A stretch of 64,000 nt of DNA from an uncultured Verrucomicrobiota bacterium (GTDB taxonomy: Bacteria > Verrucomicrobiota > Verrucomicrobiia > Limisphaerales > SXQI01), in contig CAYZKY010000009.1 of the NCBI GenBank assembly GCA_964478815.1, positions 5,182 to 69,181 of the forward strand, in the 5' to 3' direction. The translations under genes were made by a program, and so were the position numbers. Below are positions 8,918-17,817 of this stretch, piece by piece (position 1 is the stretch's first letter; every line of letters starts with the position of its first letter). Under the pieces are notes generated by a model, which searched no databases, was not told where the DNA came from, and saw nothing but the letters and a program-made list of their open reading frames with translations.

Positions 8918-9944
8918 TTTCTACGAGTCAGGAGTTGGCGACACCATTATCGTCACCTTCCCGTCAGGCGGCCTTGGCATCGTGGACGCGCACCCGTCGC
9001 GGCACGCCCATCGGCCTGGCATCCGCCAACTCGTCACTGGCCGCAAAGTGCATTTCATCTGTCTCACCCATCCTCACGCCGACCACGGGGTCGACCTGAT
9101 TCCGGTGCTCGAAGAGCATCCAGAGGTCGCAGAGTTTTGGTCAACAATCTTTGAGATCCCGGCCTTCATCTTTGGCGTCGAACAGACCGTGAATTTTCCC
9201 AGCCCCGTTCGGCAGTTTGCCGCGAAGATGAATCAGGATTATGGCGAGTTCCTCGTCGATCTTTTTGGCGCAGTCGTCGAGAGAAAGATTTCACGGCGCG
9301 TTCTCCACAGTGGAACACGCGAATCTGTCATCGATGGCGTCGAAGTGCATTGTCTGGGCCCAGATGAATCGGTTCAAAACTCATTTTTTGACGCCTACAT
9401 GGAGAAGTTATCTGATCCCAAGGTCCGCGTTCCCGATGCAAATTCCATTTCAGCCATCCTCGCCCTTAAATTCGGCCAGAGCTTCGTGCTATTGGGAGCG
9501 GACGCACTCAGCAAAAATTGGGAGAGCGCGGTGAAGCATCATCGCAAGCTCAATCTGCCCAAAGCGCGGGTGCTAAAAATCCCGCACCACGGGGCCAGAA
9601 ATTCATTCTCCCTGCAGCAGGGTGCCGCCACCTACCTCGACCTTTGCTCGCATGCGCCGAAGGCCAAGGCGGTGCTCTTCGCGGGCGACGCCAAACATCC
9701 CGACCGGGACGTGTATGCTCGCCTGTGCAGCCGCGCCGAGGTCTTTTGCCTGTCGAACGGCACTCGGCCTTCATCGGTAGAAGGCAATCCGCTGAAACTT
9801 CGAATTCCAGGTGCGAGAGCCGTTCAGCCATCTCTCGTCTGCAATCCAATCGTCAGCTTTGAACTGGACAAGGAAGGCAACGTGACCGTGCTGGCAGGCG
9901 CAGGGTGCGAGAATTGCGTGCATTCCCGCCACGATGACCACTGA
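8856..9944 (+). CDS. MBL-fold metallo-hydrolase, ComEC-type (predicted nuclease)
   Basis: LTHPHADHG (HxHxDH), LLGADA, and VLKIPHHGARNS, which matches the ComEC-type (V/L)K(V/I)xHHGS signature. C-terminal Cys/His cluster GCENCVHSRH. The only ATGs in frame (8856/8859) overlap the previous gene by about 60 nt. Confidence 0.75.
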   Translation: MMSAYANETSSSKNLAKLRLDFYESGVGDTIIVTFPSGGLGIVDAHPSRHAHRPGIRQLVTGRKVHFICLTHPHADHGVDLIPVLEEHPEVAEFWSTIFEIPAFIFGVEQTVNFPSPVRQFAAKMNQDYGEFLVDLFGAVVERKISRRVLHSGTRESVIDGVEVHCLGPDESVQNSFFDAYMEKLSDPKVRVPDANSISAILALKFGQSFVLLGADALSKNWESAVKHHRKLNLPKARVLKIPHHGARNSFSLQQGAATYLDLCSHAPKAKAVLFAGDAKHPDRDVYARLCSRAEVFCLSNGTRPSSVEGNPLKLRIPGARAVQPSLVCNPIVSFELDKEGNVTVLAGAGCENCVHSRHDDH

Positions 9945-10020
9945 CCCACGACTTGATCGCATTGTGGCGGCGCAGCCGTATCCGTTGTCGTTTGCGACGA
10001 TCAGTGGGGCGCCGGTCTGA
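9934..10020 (+). pseudogene. 28-codon remnant resembling the N-terminus of a second COG3541-type nucleotidyltransferase
   Basis: ATG 9934 to TGA 10018-10020 gives MTTDPRLDRIVAAQPYPLSFATISGAPV*. From memory, members of this NTase family begin ...PYPLLFATxSGxHLYGF. A shifted frame continues GLRGFAGDVEY..., a decayed GF..D.D-like string. Confidence 0.3.
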
Positions 10021-10067
10021 GGGGATTTGCGGGCGACGTCGAATATGGCGGAACAGCGCGAGGCAAA

Positions 10068-10242
10068 GGGGGAAACTGATGCAACCGCTTTCAGGGTTGG
10101 AGAGATTGGAAACGATAACCTGGGGTAGCCGTAGGGCGGCAACCCCAGGCTAAATGCTGGAATCCCGTTGGGATTCGGGAGTGGCGGAGGCCTCAGGGGA
10201 TGGCGCACGGCGGTCGGTGGCTCAGAGACCTCGAATTGGGGG
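10068..10242. repeat. copy A of a ~170-bp dispersed (REP/MITE-like) repeat with internal hairpins
   Basis: Aligns by eye at roughly 85% identity with 10585-10759. Contains hairpins cctgggg...ccccagg and aatccc-gtt-gggatt. Confidence 0.75.
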
Positions 10243-10261
10243 TGGCGACTCCTCACCCCAG

Positions 10262-10288
10262 CCCTCTCCTCGAACGAGGAGGAGAGGG
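10262..10288. repeat. perfect 10-bp stem-loop (ccctctcctc / gaggagaggg, 7-nt loop)
   Basis: Inverted repeat read directly. It is followed at 10300-10380 by a further palindromic unit (cccaggg...ccctggg). Confidence 0.6.
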
Positions 10289-10584
10289 AGAAGAATTATT
10301 GGGGTTCGGTAACCCAGGGTGGCGCTTCCGTTGGGCGCTTTGCCCTGGGCTAGTTTCTGTCGGGCCTTCAGCCCTCGCAGATGCGGCGTAAGAGGCAGTC
10401 GAGTCCGACCGGCGGGATTGAATTGGAATGAGGAGAACCAGTGAGCGTGGGGCGTGATGCGCCTAGTTTCGCAGGTTTGTTATTAAGTTGTCTCGATCAC
10501 TCTTTGCCAGGAGTCGAAGGTCTGTGGATGAAGTTCATCCTTGCCAGGCGACGGCGGTGGCGCGGGGGAGGCTTGGAATGCCAC

Positions 10585-10759
10585 GGGGAATCGATGCAAC
10601 CACTTTACAAGGGTTGGAGAAATTGGGGACGATAACCTGGGGTAACCGCAGGGCGGCAACCCGAGGCTAAATGCTGAAATCCCGTTGGGATTCGGGGGCG
10701 GCGACGGCATCAGGGTGTGGCGCACGGAGGTCGGTGGCTCAGAGACCTCGGAAGGGGGG
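10585..10759. repeat. copy B of the ~170-bp dispersed repeat
   Basis: Direct repeat of 10068-10242 in the same orientation, about 515 bp apart. Confidence 0.75.
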
Positions 10760-10892
10760 AGGCGAAGGGGACGGAGGAGGAGTCCGTCCGGGAAGACGGG
10801 CTGGGGGAAGAAGACGTTCGGGCGAGGCGCCCGAACGGGACAGGCGGGGGCGCCTGTGCCACCCAAGGGAGAGCGAAGTTCCGGGAAAAGGA

Positions 10893-10916
10893 CCCACCGT
10901 GGAGACGGTGGGTTTT
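10893..10916 (-). terminator. intrinsic-terminator-like hairpin downstream of prsR (bidirectional appearance)
   Basis: cccaccgt-ggag-acggtggg, an 8-bp perfect stem. It is followed by TTTT on the plus strand and by tccttttcc on the minus strand, and lies 26 nt beyond the prsR stop. Confidence 0.55.
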
Positions 10917-10941
10917 CATCCGAGCGAAGGGCGGGGACGAG

Positions 10942-12309
10942 TTAGTCCTCGGCTTCGGGTTTGCGGAAGCCGAAGCGTTCCATGAGTTCGTACATGGTGG
11001 GGCGGCTGATGCCGAGCTCGGCGGCGGCGGCGCTGACGTTGCCGTTGTGGCGGTGGAGGGAGCGGGTGAGGAAGTCTTTTTCGAGGGCTTCGCGGGCTTC
11101 CTTGAGGGTGGTGCCGGAGCGGGGGACTTCGAGGAGGGAGAGTTCGAGGTCGCGCTCGTTGACGCGGCTGCCTTCGGACATGATGACGGCGCGGCGGATG
11201 CGGTTTTCCATCTCGCGGATGTTGCCGGGCCAGTGGTATTGCTCCATGGCTTTGAGGGCTCCGGCGGTGAATTTCTTTTTTTCGGCGCCGGTTTCGGCGG
11301 CGAATTTGGTGAGGAAGCTCTGGGCGAGGATGGGGGTATCGCCCTGGCGCTCGCGGAGGGGGGGGAGCTTGAGCTTGACGACGGCGAGGCGGAAGAAGAG
11401 GTCTTCGCGGAATTTGCCTTCGGCCATGGCCCGGGAGAGGTCGGCATTGGTGGCGGCGACGAGGCGGACATCGACGGGGATGTCTTTGCGGCCGCCGACG
11501 CGCTGGATGACTTTTTCCTGGAGGAAGCGGAGGAACTTGACCTGGAGGGGGGGCGGGAGTTCGCCGATCTCATCGAGGAAGAGGGTGCCGCCGGAGGCGG
11601 TCTCGACCTGGCCGAGGCGGGTGGCGTGGGCGCCGGTGAAGGCTCCCTTTTCGTGGCCGAAGAGTTCGCTCTCGATGAGGTTTTCGGGGATGGCGCCGCA
11701 ATTGATGGCGACGAAGGGGCCGGGCTTGCGCTTGCTGGATTGGTGGATGGCCTGGGCGACGCGCTCCTTGCCGGTGCCGCTTTCGCCAAGGATGAGGACG
11801 GGGAAATCGGTGGCGGCGACTTTGCGGATGGTGGCGAACACCTCGAGCATGGCGTGGCTGGAGCCGAGCATGCCGTGGAACCCGCCGGTGTGGAGCTGGC
11901 GCTCGAGGTCGCGGTTTTCGCGTTCGAGGCTGACGAGATGGCAGGCGCGGCGGAGGATGATCTTGAGTTCCTCGGTATCGACGGGTTTGGCGAAGAAATC
12001 GTAGGCGCCTTCGCGGATGGCCTGGAGGGCGTTGGTCTTATCGGACTGGCCGCTGACGATGATGATCTTGGTCTCGGGCGAATCGGCGAGCATGGATTGG
12101 AGGGCGGCCATGCCTTCCGTGGTGCTGCCGGGCGAAGGGGGCAGGCCGAGATCGAGCAGCACGACATCGGGCTGGGCGGAGCGGAAGGCGGCGAGCCCGG
12201 ATTCGCGGTCGCCGGCGAGGGCGATCTCATAATCCTCAGTGAGGGCCCAGCGCATTTGCGACCGGATTTCTTCGTCGTCGTCGACGATTAAAATTTTCGA
12301 TTTATGCAT
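10942..12309 (-). CDS. prsR: sigma-54-dependent response regulator, PEP-CTERM-box type (PrsR)
   Basis: Receiver (ILIVDDD, DVVLLDLGLPP), AAA+ domain (GESGTGKE, GAFTGA) and C-terminal Fis-type HTH, adjacent to prsK/prsT. ATG 12309 is preferred over the TTG at 12321. Confidence 0.9.
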   Translation of the reverse strand: MHKSKILIVDDDEEIRSQMRWALTEDYEIALAGDRESGLAAFRSAQPDVVLLDLGLPPSPGSTTEGMAALQSMLADSPETKIIIVSGQSDKTNALQAIREGAYDFFAKPVDTEELKIILRRACHLVSLERENRDLERQLHTGGFHGMLGSSHAMLEVFATIRKVAATDFPVLILGESGTGKERVAQAIHQSSKRKPGPFVAINCGAIPENLIESELFGHEKGAFTGAHATRLGQVETASGGTLFLDEIGELPPPLQVKFLRFLQEKVIQRVGGRKDIPVDVRLVAATNADLSRAMAEGKFREDLFFRLAVVKLKLPPLRERQGDTPILAQSFLTKFAAETGAEKKKFTAGALKAMEQYHWPGNIREMENRIRRAVIMSEGSRVNERDLELSLLEVPRSGTTLKEAREALEKDFLTRSLHRHNGNVSAAAAELGISRPTMYELMERFGFRKPEAED

Positions 12310-12363
12310 GAACAACGGCAAACTCGCGGAGGCCCAGCGGGGGCGGGGTGCCGCTCACTTCGT

Positions 12364-14496
12364 TTAATCGGCAGAGCGTGGAGAAAGTGTAGAAGCAGGG
12401 GGCAGAAGGGGCAAGAGGACGCGGAAGGTGGTGCCCTGCCCCGGCTGGCTCTCGACTTCGATGCGGCCGCCGTGGGCTTCGACGATGGTTTTGCTCTGGA
12501 ACATGCCGATGCCGATGCCGCCTTTTTTGGTGGTTTGGAAGGGGCGAAAGAGGGAACGGGAGAGGAATTCCGGAGCCATGCCGCAACCATTGTCCTTTAC
12601 GGCGATAATGATCCAACTGCCCTGCTGGGAGGTCTCGACTTCGATGGAGCCGTTCTCGCGGAGCGCTTCGCGGGAATTGAGGAGGAGGTTGGTGACGACT
12701 TTGTCGATCTGGGAGGGGTCGAGCTTGACCTTGGGGATGGGGCCGAGGCGCATGACGAGGGGCGCGCCCTCGCCGAGGCAAGCGGCACTGGCGGTGATCA
12801 AGGCGTTCACATCCGTATCGCGAGGTTGAATCTGCAGATTCTGGCGGAAGAGGGAGAGGCGGGAGATGAGTTCCTGGATGTGGTGAACGCTCTTGCCGAT
12901 GGCTTTGAGGGCGTCCTTGCGGAACTCGGGATTGTCCCAGTGCTTGGGGAGGTTCTGGAGGGTGAGGTTGAGGGAGGAGGCGGTGTTCTTGAGATCGTGG
13001 ACGAAGAAGGCGGCGATGGTCTGGAAGGCCTCCATTTCGCGCGCCTGGAGGAGGCGGCGGGAGAGATGGAAATTGAGGAGGCCGGAGGCGATCTGGTCGC
13101 CGACGCATTTGAGGAGATCGAACTCTTCGAGACCGAAGGGGACGCCATCGACGCGGTGATTGAGGGTGATGAAACCGAGGAGCCGGCCGGCGGAAAAGAG
13201 CGGGACGCAGACGCGGCTGCCGGGGACGTCGTGAAAGTGCGACGGGTAACATTTGGTCAGGCAGGCGGCCCATTCTTCGGTGCGGGAATCGAGGAGGAAG
13301 GGGTTTGGTTCATTACGCAAGGCGGCGGCGACGGCGAGCACTTCGTCGCGCGAGAGGGGGCTGGTCTCTTCGGGCTTTTCGGTCAAGCCGGTGGAAGCGG
13401 CGAGGGCGAGGCGGGTTTGTTCTTCCTCGTAAAGCCAGACGGAGACGGAGAGGACGCGGAGGGTCTCGGAGATCCAGTTGGCGGAGAGCCGGCAGAGGGA
13501 GGGGGCATCGACGACGGTGGAAGTTTTCTCGGTGAACGAGAGCCAGGTGGCGCGGTAGTTGTAGATGGAGCGATGGAACTGGCGGCTGAGGTAGCGGCGA
13601 AGGCGATCCCGGGCGCGCTCGGAGAGCAGGAGCACCGCGAGGCCGGCGAGGGCGAGGAGGAGGAGGAACGCCTTGAGCGCAAAGGCTTCGGTGCCGCCCA
13701 GGGACCCGAGGCGCTTGGAGGTGGCTCCGACGACGATGAGGTAGGCCCCGACGCAGAAGCCGACGATGGAGTAATCGGAGGCGCGCTCGGCGGGGTAGAC
13801 CTCGACGAGGAAGGTATTGGGGCGAAGGAGGGCGCGAGCGAGGAAGCCGGTCGAGATCAACAACGCCACGGCGCGGATGATGTCGGACGAACTATCCGAC
13901 TGGCCGAAAAGGACGGACTGGCTGGAGGTATAGAGCCGGGCGGTGAAGATGAGCCCGACGCCGAGGATGATGAACTTGATGCGCCAGCGAGAGGTTCCGA
14001 CCGAGGCGCGGAAGGTGCGCTCGAGATTGACCAGAACCAGGGCCGATCCGGCGAGGATGCTAAGCTGGATCAGGAAGCCGGGGAGGCCGAGCTTGAACTC
14101 CCAATTGGCGATCCCCCGGGAGGTCTCGATGATGAGCGCATCTTGAAAGATGAAGGCAGAGGCGACCGGAATGGCCAGGCTGGCGGCGAGGACAACCGAC
14201 CAGCGTTGAAGAAAATGGCGATAATTCCCGCGGGAATAGACAATGCTGAAGTAGAGCCAGGAGAAGGGGATGAGAGCATGGGCGAGAAAGCACCAGCCTT
14301 TCCAGGAGGCGGCTTCGGCGGCGGTGTCGCTCGACGCAATGAAGGCGGCGAGGATCGTCTCGGCGGCGAGGAGAAGAAGCCCTCCGACGAAGGCTTTGTG
14401 GCCCGGGGCGCCCCATTCGCGGATGGCCGCGACGATCGCGAGGCCGGCGGCCAGACCCGCCGTGACGAGGAGGAGGATGAGCAGAGGGTCCATCAC
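12364..14496 (-). CDS. prsK: PEP-CTERM system sensor histidine kinase (PrsK)
   Basis: 710 aa with a long polytopic N-terminal domain. H-box FFVHDLKNT, N-box NLLLNSREA, DNGCGM and GGIGIGM. Gene order is prsT-prsK-prsR. Confidence 0.9.
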   Translation of the reverse strand: MMDPLLILLLVTAGLAAGLAIVAAIREWGAPGHKAFVGGLLLLAAETILAAFIASSDTAAEAASWKGWCFLAHALIPFSWLYFSIVYSRGNYRHFLQRWSVVLAASLAIPVASAFIFQDALIIETSRGIANWEFKLGLPGFLIQLSILAGSALVLVNLERTFRASVGTSRWRIKFIILGVGLIFTARLYTSSQSVLFGQSDSSSDIIRAVALLISTGFLARALLRPNTFLVEVYPAERASDYSIVGFCVGAYLIVVGATSKRLGSLGGTEAFALKAFLLLLALAGLAVLLLSERARDRLRRYLSRQFHRSIYNYRATWLSFTEKTSTVVDAPSLCRLSANWISETLRVLSVSVWLYEEEQTRLALAASTGLTEKPEETSPLSRDEVLAVAAALRNEPNPFLLDSRTEEWAACLTKCYPSHFHDVPGSRVCVPLFSAGRLLGFITLNHRVDGVPFGLEEFDLLKCVGDQIASGLLNFHLSRRLLQAREMEAFQTIAAFFVHDLKNTASSLNLTLQNLPKHWDNPEFRKDALKAIGKSVHHIQELISRLSLFRQNLQIQPRDTDVNALITASAACLGEGAPLVMRLGPIPKVKLDPSQIDKVVTNLLLNSREALRENGSIEVETSQQGSWIIIAVKDNGCGMAPEFLSRSLFRPFQTTKKGGIGIGMFQSKTIVEAHGGRIEVESQPGQGTTFRVLLPLLPPASTLSPRSAD

Positions 14497-14568
14497 GGAA
14501 GGGACGCGCGATTCAGGCCGCAGGGAAGCGGGCCGGCGAGTTCCGCGAAGGACGGAGGGGGAGGAAGG

Positions 14569-17500
14569 CTATTTGATTTCCTCAATGGCTTTGAGGGCTT
14601 CCGCCCGGAGGGGGGAATTGGCGTTCATGGCGAGAGCGCGGGTGAGAGAATCCTTGGCCTGCTTGTCCTTCAGCCGATGCTGGGCCAGGCCCAGGTAAAA
14701 GAGAGTTTCGGAATCGGTGGGGCGGGCCGAAACGGTCTGGGCGAGGAAGCGGGCCGCTTCGCGAAAATCGGACTTCCGGTAAGCGATCCGGCCCAAGGCT
14801 TTGTTCAGATCGGCGTCGTTGGAAAACTCCGAGCGCAGGGTGGTCGCCATTTGCCAGGCTTTGTTGTCGTCGAGCTGATGCGCAGCCAGGAGCAAGACGA
14901 GCCCGCGCTGCGCCTGGAGGTTCTGCGGGCGAGCGCGGACAAGGTTTTCGAGGAGCGCCCGGGCGCCGGGGACGTTGGCCTTGGCTTCCTCCAGGCGAGC
15001 GGAGGCCAGCACCGCAGGAGGAAATTCGGGTTCCGACTTCAAGAACTCGGCAGCGATTTGGCGGGCGGGCTCGGGATTGGCGCCGGAAGCTTCAAATTCG
15101 AGGAGGGCGAGGGCGCGCTGGGCCAGCGCGGTTTCGGGAGCGTCCGGTTTGCCCGCAGCGGCGGCCCGGAGTTGCTCCGCCGCCCGAGCGGTGTTGCCGA
15201 GACTGTACAAGCAAAGCCCGAGATAATAGGCAGGGGGGCCGGAGGAATCGGCCGACACCGCCTGCTGGAGGATGGGAGAGGCCCAGCGGTACTCCCCGGC
15301 CCGGTAGCCGACCCGCCCGAGCATGGGCGCGGCGGCGGCGCTGGGGGCCTGCTCCCACGACTGACGCGCGAGTTCCATGGCACGCGCCGAGTTGCCGAAG
15401 CGCTCGGAATAGAGGGCGGCGAGCGGGGCGAGGACCGAACCGGCGCGAGGATTGATGCGGAGAGCCTTCTCGTACAAATCGCGGGCCTGGTCGAATTGCT
15501 GCCGGGACTCCATGGACTGGGCAAGGCGAATATGAGCGAACAGGTCCTTGGGGTCGGCTTCGATGGCCTTGCGAATCAGCTCGACGGTCGAGGCCGGAGC
15601 ATTCGCGGACGTATCGGCGCTCAGGACGGCGAGAACGCGCGTGGCCTGTTCCTTGCCGGTGAAGTCATTGGTGGACGACACCGCGGACTGGAGCGCCGCG
15701 CGCGCGGCGGGTTCGGCCCCCATCATGTAATTGACCATGCCGAGGTGGTAGCGAACCTCGGGCATCTCGGACATGCCTTCGCTGGCCTGCCGGATGAGAT
15801 TCAGCGCGCGAACATAATCGCCTTGCTTGAAGAGAATCCACCCGTAGGTGTCCGCCGTGTGGGTGTCGAGCGGGCGAAGATCGTGCGCCTTCTGAGCAAG
15901 CGGGGCCGCGCGCTCGACTTCGCCAAGATGCTCGCTGAGGACATAGGCGAGGTTATTCAAGGCCGGGATGTTATCGGGCTTGAGCGCCAGGAGTTTTTCA
16001 TACGTCTCGCGCGCGCCCCGGTAATCTTTCGTGATTTCGAGCAGCATGCCGAGCTGAAGCAAACTGGCCAGATCCTTGGGCACTTTCTGGACGATCTCGC
16101 GATACTTGGCGATGGCCGATTCCAGTTGCTTGGTGCGGGAGTAGAAATCGGCGAGGGACTTTTGCGCGAGGTAAAAGTCGGGAGCGAGCTGGATCGCCTT
16201 TTGGAGGGCGGCTTCGGCTTCAGCGGGTTTGTTGTGCGCAAAGAAAACCTTGGCTTGCAGCGTCAGCGGCAAGGGGTGCTCCGGGTGCTTGTCGACGTAG
16301 ACCTGCACGCGGGAGAGGGCGGCATCGAAGCGCCGGGCGGCGATATCGATTTCGATCAAGTCGTCCAGCGGCTGCAAGAGCGCGGGATTAATCGCGAGGG
16401 CGGCTTCGAAGGCTTTGTAGGCGTCGTCGAACTTGCGCTGGAGGCGGTAAGTGACTCCCATTTCCTGATGAGGCCGCGGTTCCTTGGGCGTGAGTTTGGC
16501 GATGGCCTGGTAAATCGCGATGGCGTCGTCGTAGGTTCCGCGAGAACGATGCGCGGCGGCCAAAAGGTATTGGGCCTGGATGAGCCTGGGGTACTGCGCC
16601 ACGACCCGGGTGAGGGTAGGGATGGCGGCCGCGGCTTCATTCCGGCGCAGGAGGAGTTCGCTGCGGACGAGGACCGCCTCGACGAAGTTGGTGTTCAGCG
16701 TGAGCGCGCGATCCAGCTCGGCCAAGGCCTGGGTCGTGTCGTTCTGGGCGAGCCGGACAAGGGCGGTCTGATAAGGGACTTGCGGATCGTTGGCGTAGGC
16801 ACGCTTGATCGTTTCGAGATCCGCGATGGCGCCGGCATGATTGGCCTGCAAGAGACGGAGGCGGGACCGATTCAAGAGGCTGGCGCGGTGGTTGGGATCC
16901 ACCTTGAGCGCGCGTTCGAGCATGATGGAACATTGATTCGTATCGCGCTCCTGCAGGGCCATCTCCGCCAGAGTATTCATGGCGACGATAAAATCCGGCA
17001 CTTTCTCGATGGCATCTTCGAGGAGCTTTTTGGCGCCGGCGGCGTCGCCCTGACGGGCCCGGAATTCGGCGTAACGCAAACGTTCGAGGGATTTGGGCGC
17101 GGCGTGATCCGAGGCGAGCTTGAGGGAAGCTTCGGCTTCGTTGGTCCGGCCAAGCTGCCAGTAGAGATTGCCCAGGCCGAGGGCGGCGGTGGAATTGGTC
17201 GGACTTAACTTGAGAGATTGTTGGTAGGCCGCCTCGGCTTCGCGGGCTTTGCCGGTCCGCTCATAGAGACGGGCGAGGGCCTGAGGCACCGCCGCGTTGG
17301 CCGGTTGCATCTGGGCCAACGCCTGGAATCGCTGATGCAGTTGGACGATCTGCTCCTGCGAATTGGCGAAATTGGCCAGCATCTGGAGCGCCTCGGGATG
17401 GCCGGGAGACCGGCTGAGGACGAACTCCACTTCGGAAACCGCGTTCGAGAGCTGACCTGCCACCGCCATCAGACTGCCCAGCTTAAGGCGGACGTTGATA

Positions 17501-17805
17501 TTGGTGGGGGTCAATTCCCGCGCCCGCGCCAGGAAGGGGCCGGCGGAGGAGAATTCCGACCGCTCGAACATGATCAGCCCCAACTGGGTGATGGCATGGG
17601 CGCTTTGGGAGTCGACCCGGAACGCATTCAAATACTCGATCCGGGCCGTTTGGAGGTCTCCCTTGCGATAGGCGGCGTCGCCCCGCTTGAGGTGCCGTTC
17701 AAGCCGGGCGCTTTTCGAGCAACCGGACAGACAGAACGCAACACTCAGCAGCAAGGAAAGCGCGATGCGCGAGCAGCGTTGGGCATTCATAGGGAACGAT
17801 AGCAT
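14569..17805 (-). CDS. prsT: PEP-CTERM system TPR-repeat lipoprotein (PrsT)
   Basis: Lipobox LSGC after a signal peptide, then about 1050 aa of consecutive TPR repeats. Its position upstream of prsK is typical. Confidence 0.85.
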   Translation of the reverse strand: MLSFPMNAQRCSRIALSLLLSVAFCLSGCSKSARLERHLKRGDAAYRKGDLQTARIEYLNAFRVDSQSAHAITQLGLIMFERSEFSSAGPFLARARELTPTNINVRLKLGSLMAVAGQLSNAVSEVEFVLSRSPGHPEALQMLANFANSQEQIVQLHQRFQALAQMQPANAAVPQALARLYERTGKAREAEAAYQQSLKLSPTNSTAALGLGNLYWQLGRTNEAEASLKLASDHAAPKSLERLRYAEFRARQGDAAGAKKLLEDAIEKVPDFIVAMNTLAEMALQERDTNQCSIMLERALKVDPNHRASLLNRSRLRLLQANHAGAIADLETIKRAYANDPQVPYQTALVRLAQNDTTQALAELDRALTLNTNFVEAVLVRSELLLRRNEAAAAIPTLTRVVAQYPRLIQAQYLLAAAHRSRGTYDDAIAIYQAIAKLTPKEPRPHQEMGVTYRLQRKFDDAYKAFEAALAINPALLQPLDDLIEIDIAARRFDAALSRVQVYVDKHPEHPLPLTLQAKVFFAHNKPAEAEAALQKAIQLAPDFYLAQKSLADFYSRTKQLESAIAKYREIVQKVPKDLASLLQLGMLLEITKDYRGARETYEKLLALKPDNIPALNNLAYVLSEHLGEVERAAPLAQKAHDLRPLDTHTADTYGWILFKQGDYVRALNLIRQASEGMSEMPEVRYHLGMVNYMMGAEPAARAALQSAVSSTNDFTGKEQATRVLAVLSADTSANAPASTVELIRKAIEADPKDLFAHIRLAQSMESRQQFDQARDLYEKALRINPRAGSVLAPLAALYSERFGNSARAMELARQSWEQAPSAAAAPMLGRVGYRAGEYRWASPILQQAVSADSSGPPAYYLGLCLYSLGNTARAAEQLRAAAAGKPDAPETALAQRALALLEFEASGANPEPARQIAAEFLKSEPEFPPAVLASARLEEAKANVPGARALLENLVRARPQNLQAQRGLVLLLAAHQLDDNKAWQMATTLRSEFSNDADLNKALGRIAYRKSDFREAARFLAQTVSARPTDSETLFYLGLAQHRLKDKQAKDSLTRALAMNANSPLRAEALKAIEEIK

Positions 17806-17817
17806 GATGGGGAACCT

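Noticed and set aside
7565-9950. Prophage or integrative element interpretation of the low-GC segment
   Set aside because: No integrase, recombinase, transposase, tRNA target or flanking direct repeats could be found. At only about 2.4 kb, it is treated instead as a small acquired cassette.
10296-10330. tRNA-like T-arm (ggggttcggtaaccc)
   Set aside because: The flanking sequence does not fold into an acceptor, D or anticodon arm by eye. It is part of a palindromic repeat unit.
10068-10759. Possible CRISPR array, suggested by direct repeats
   Set aside because: There are only two copies of about 170 bp, at roughly 85% identity and about 515 bp apart. No short regular repeat-spacer structure and no cas genes are present.
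9771-10866. Several 60-160-aa ORFs on both strands across the repeat block (e.g. 9771-10256 minus, 10483-10866 minus)
   Set aside because: They are translations of the two ~170-bp repeat copies and hairpins (shared peptides such as SEPPT.VRH). Repeat DNA is the simpler explanation.
10717-12291. 524-aa plus-strand ORF and other long overlapping frames over prsR
   Set aside because: It is antisense to a gene with Walker A, GAFTGA and HTH motifs. The composition is that of a shadow ORF.
12304-17208. 1634-aa plus-strand ORF, the longest in the window
   Set aside because: It lies exactly antisense to prsK and prsT, which have unambiguous kinase and TPR motifs. Its translation is low-complexity and G/E/A/R/D-rich. 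This is a typical stop-free shadow frame of high-GC DNA.
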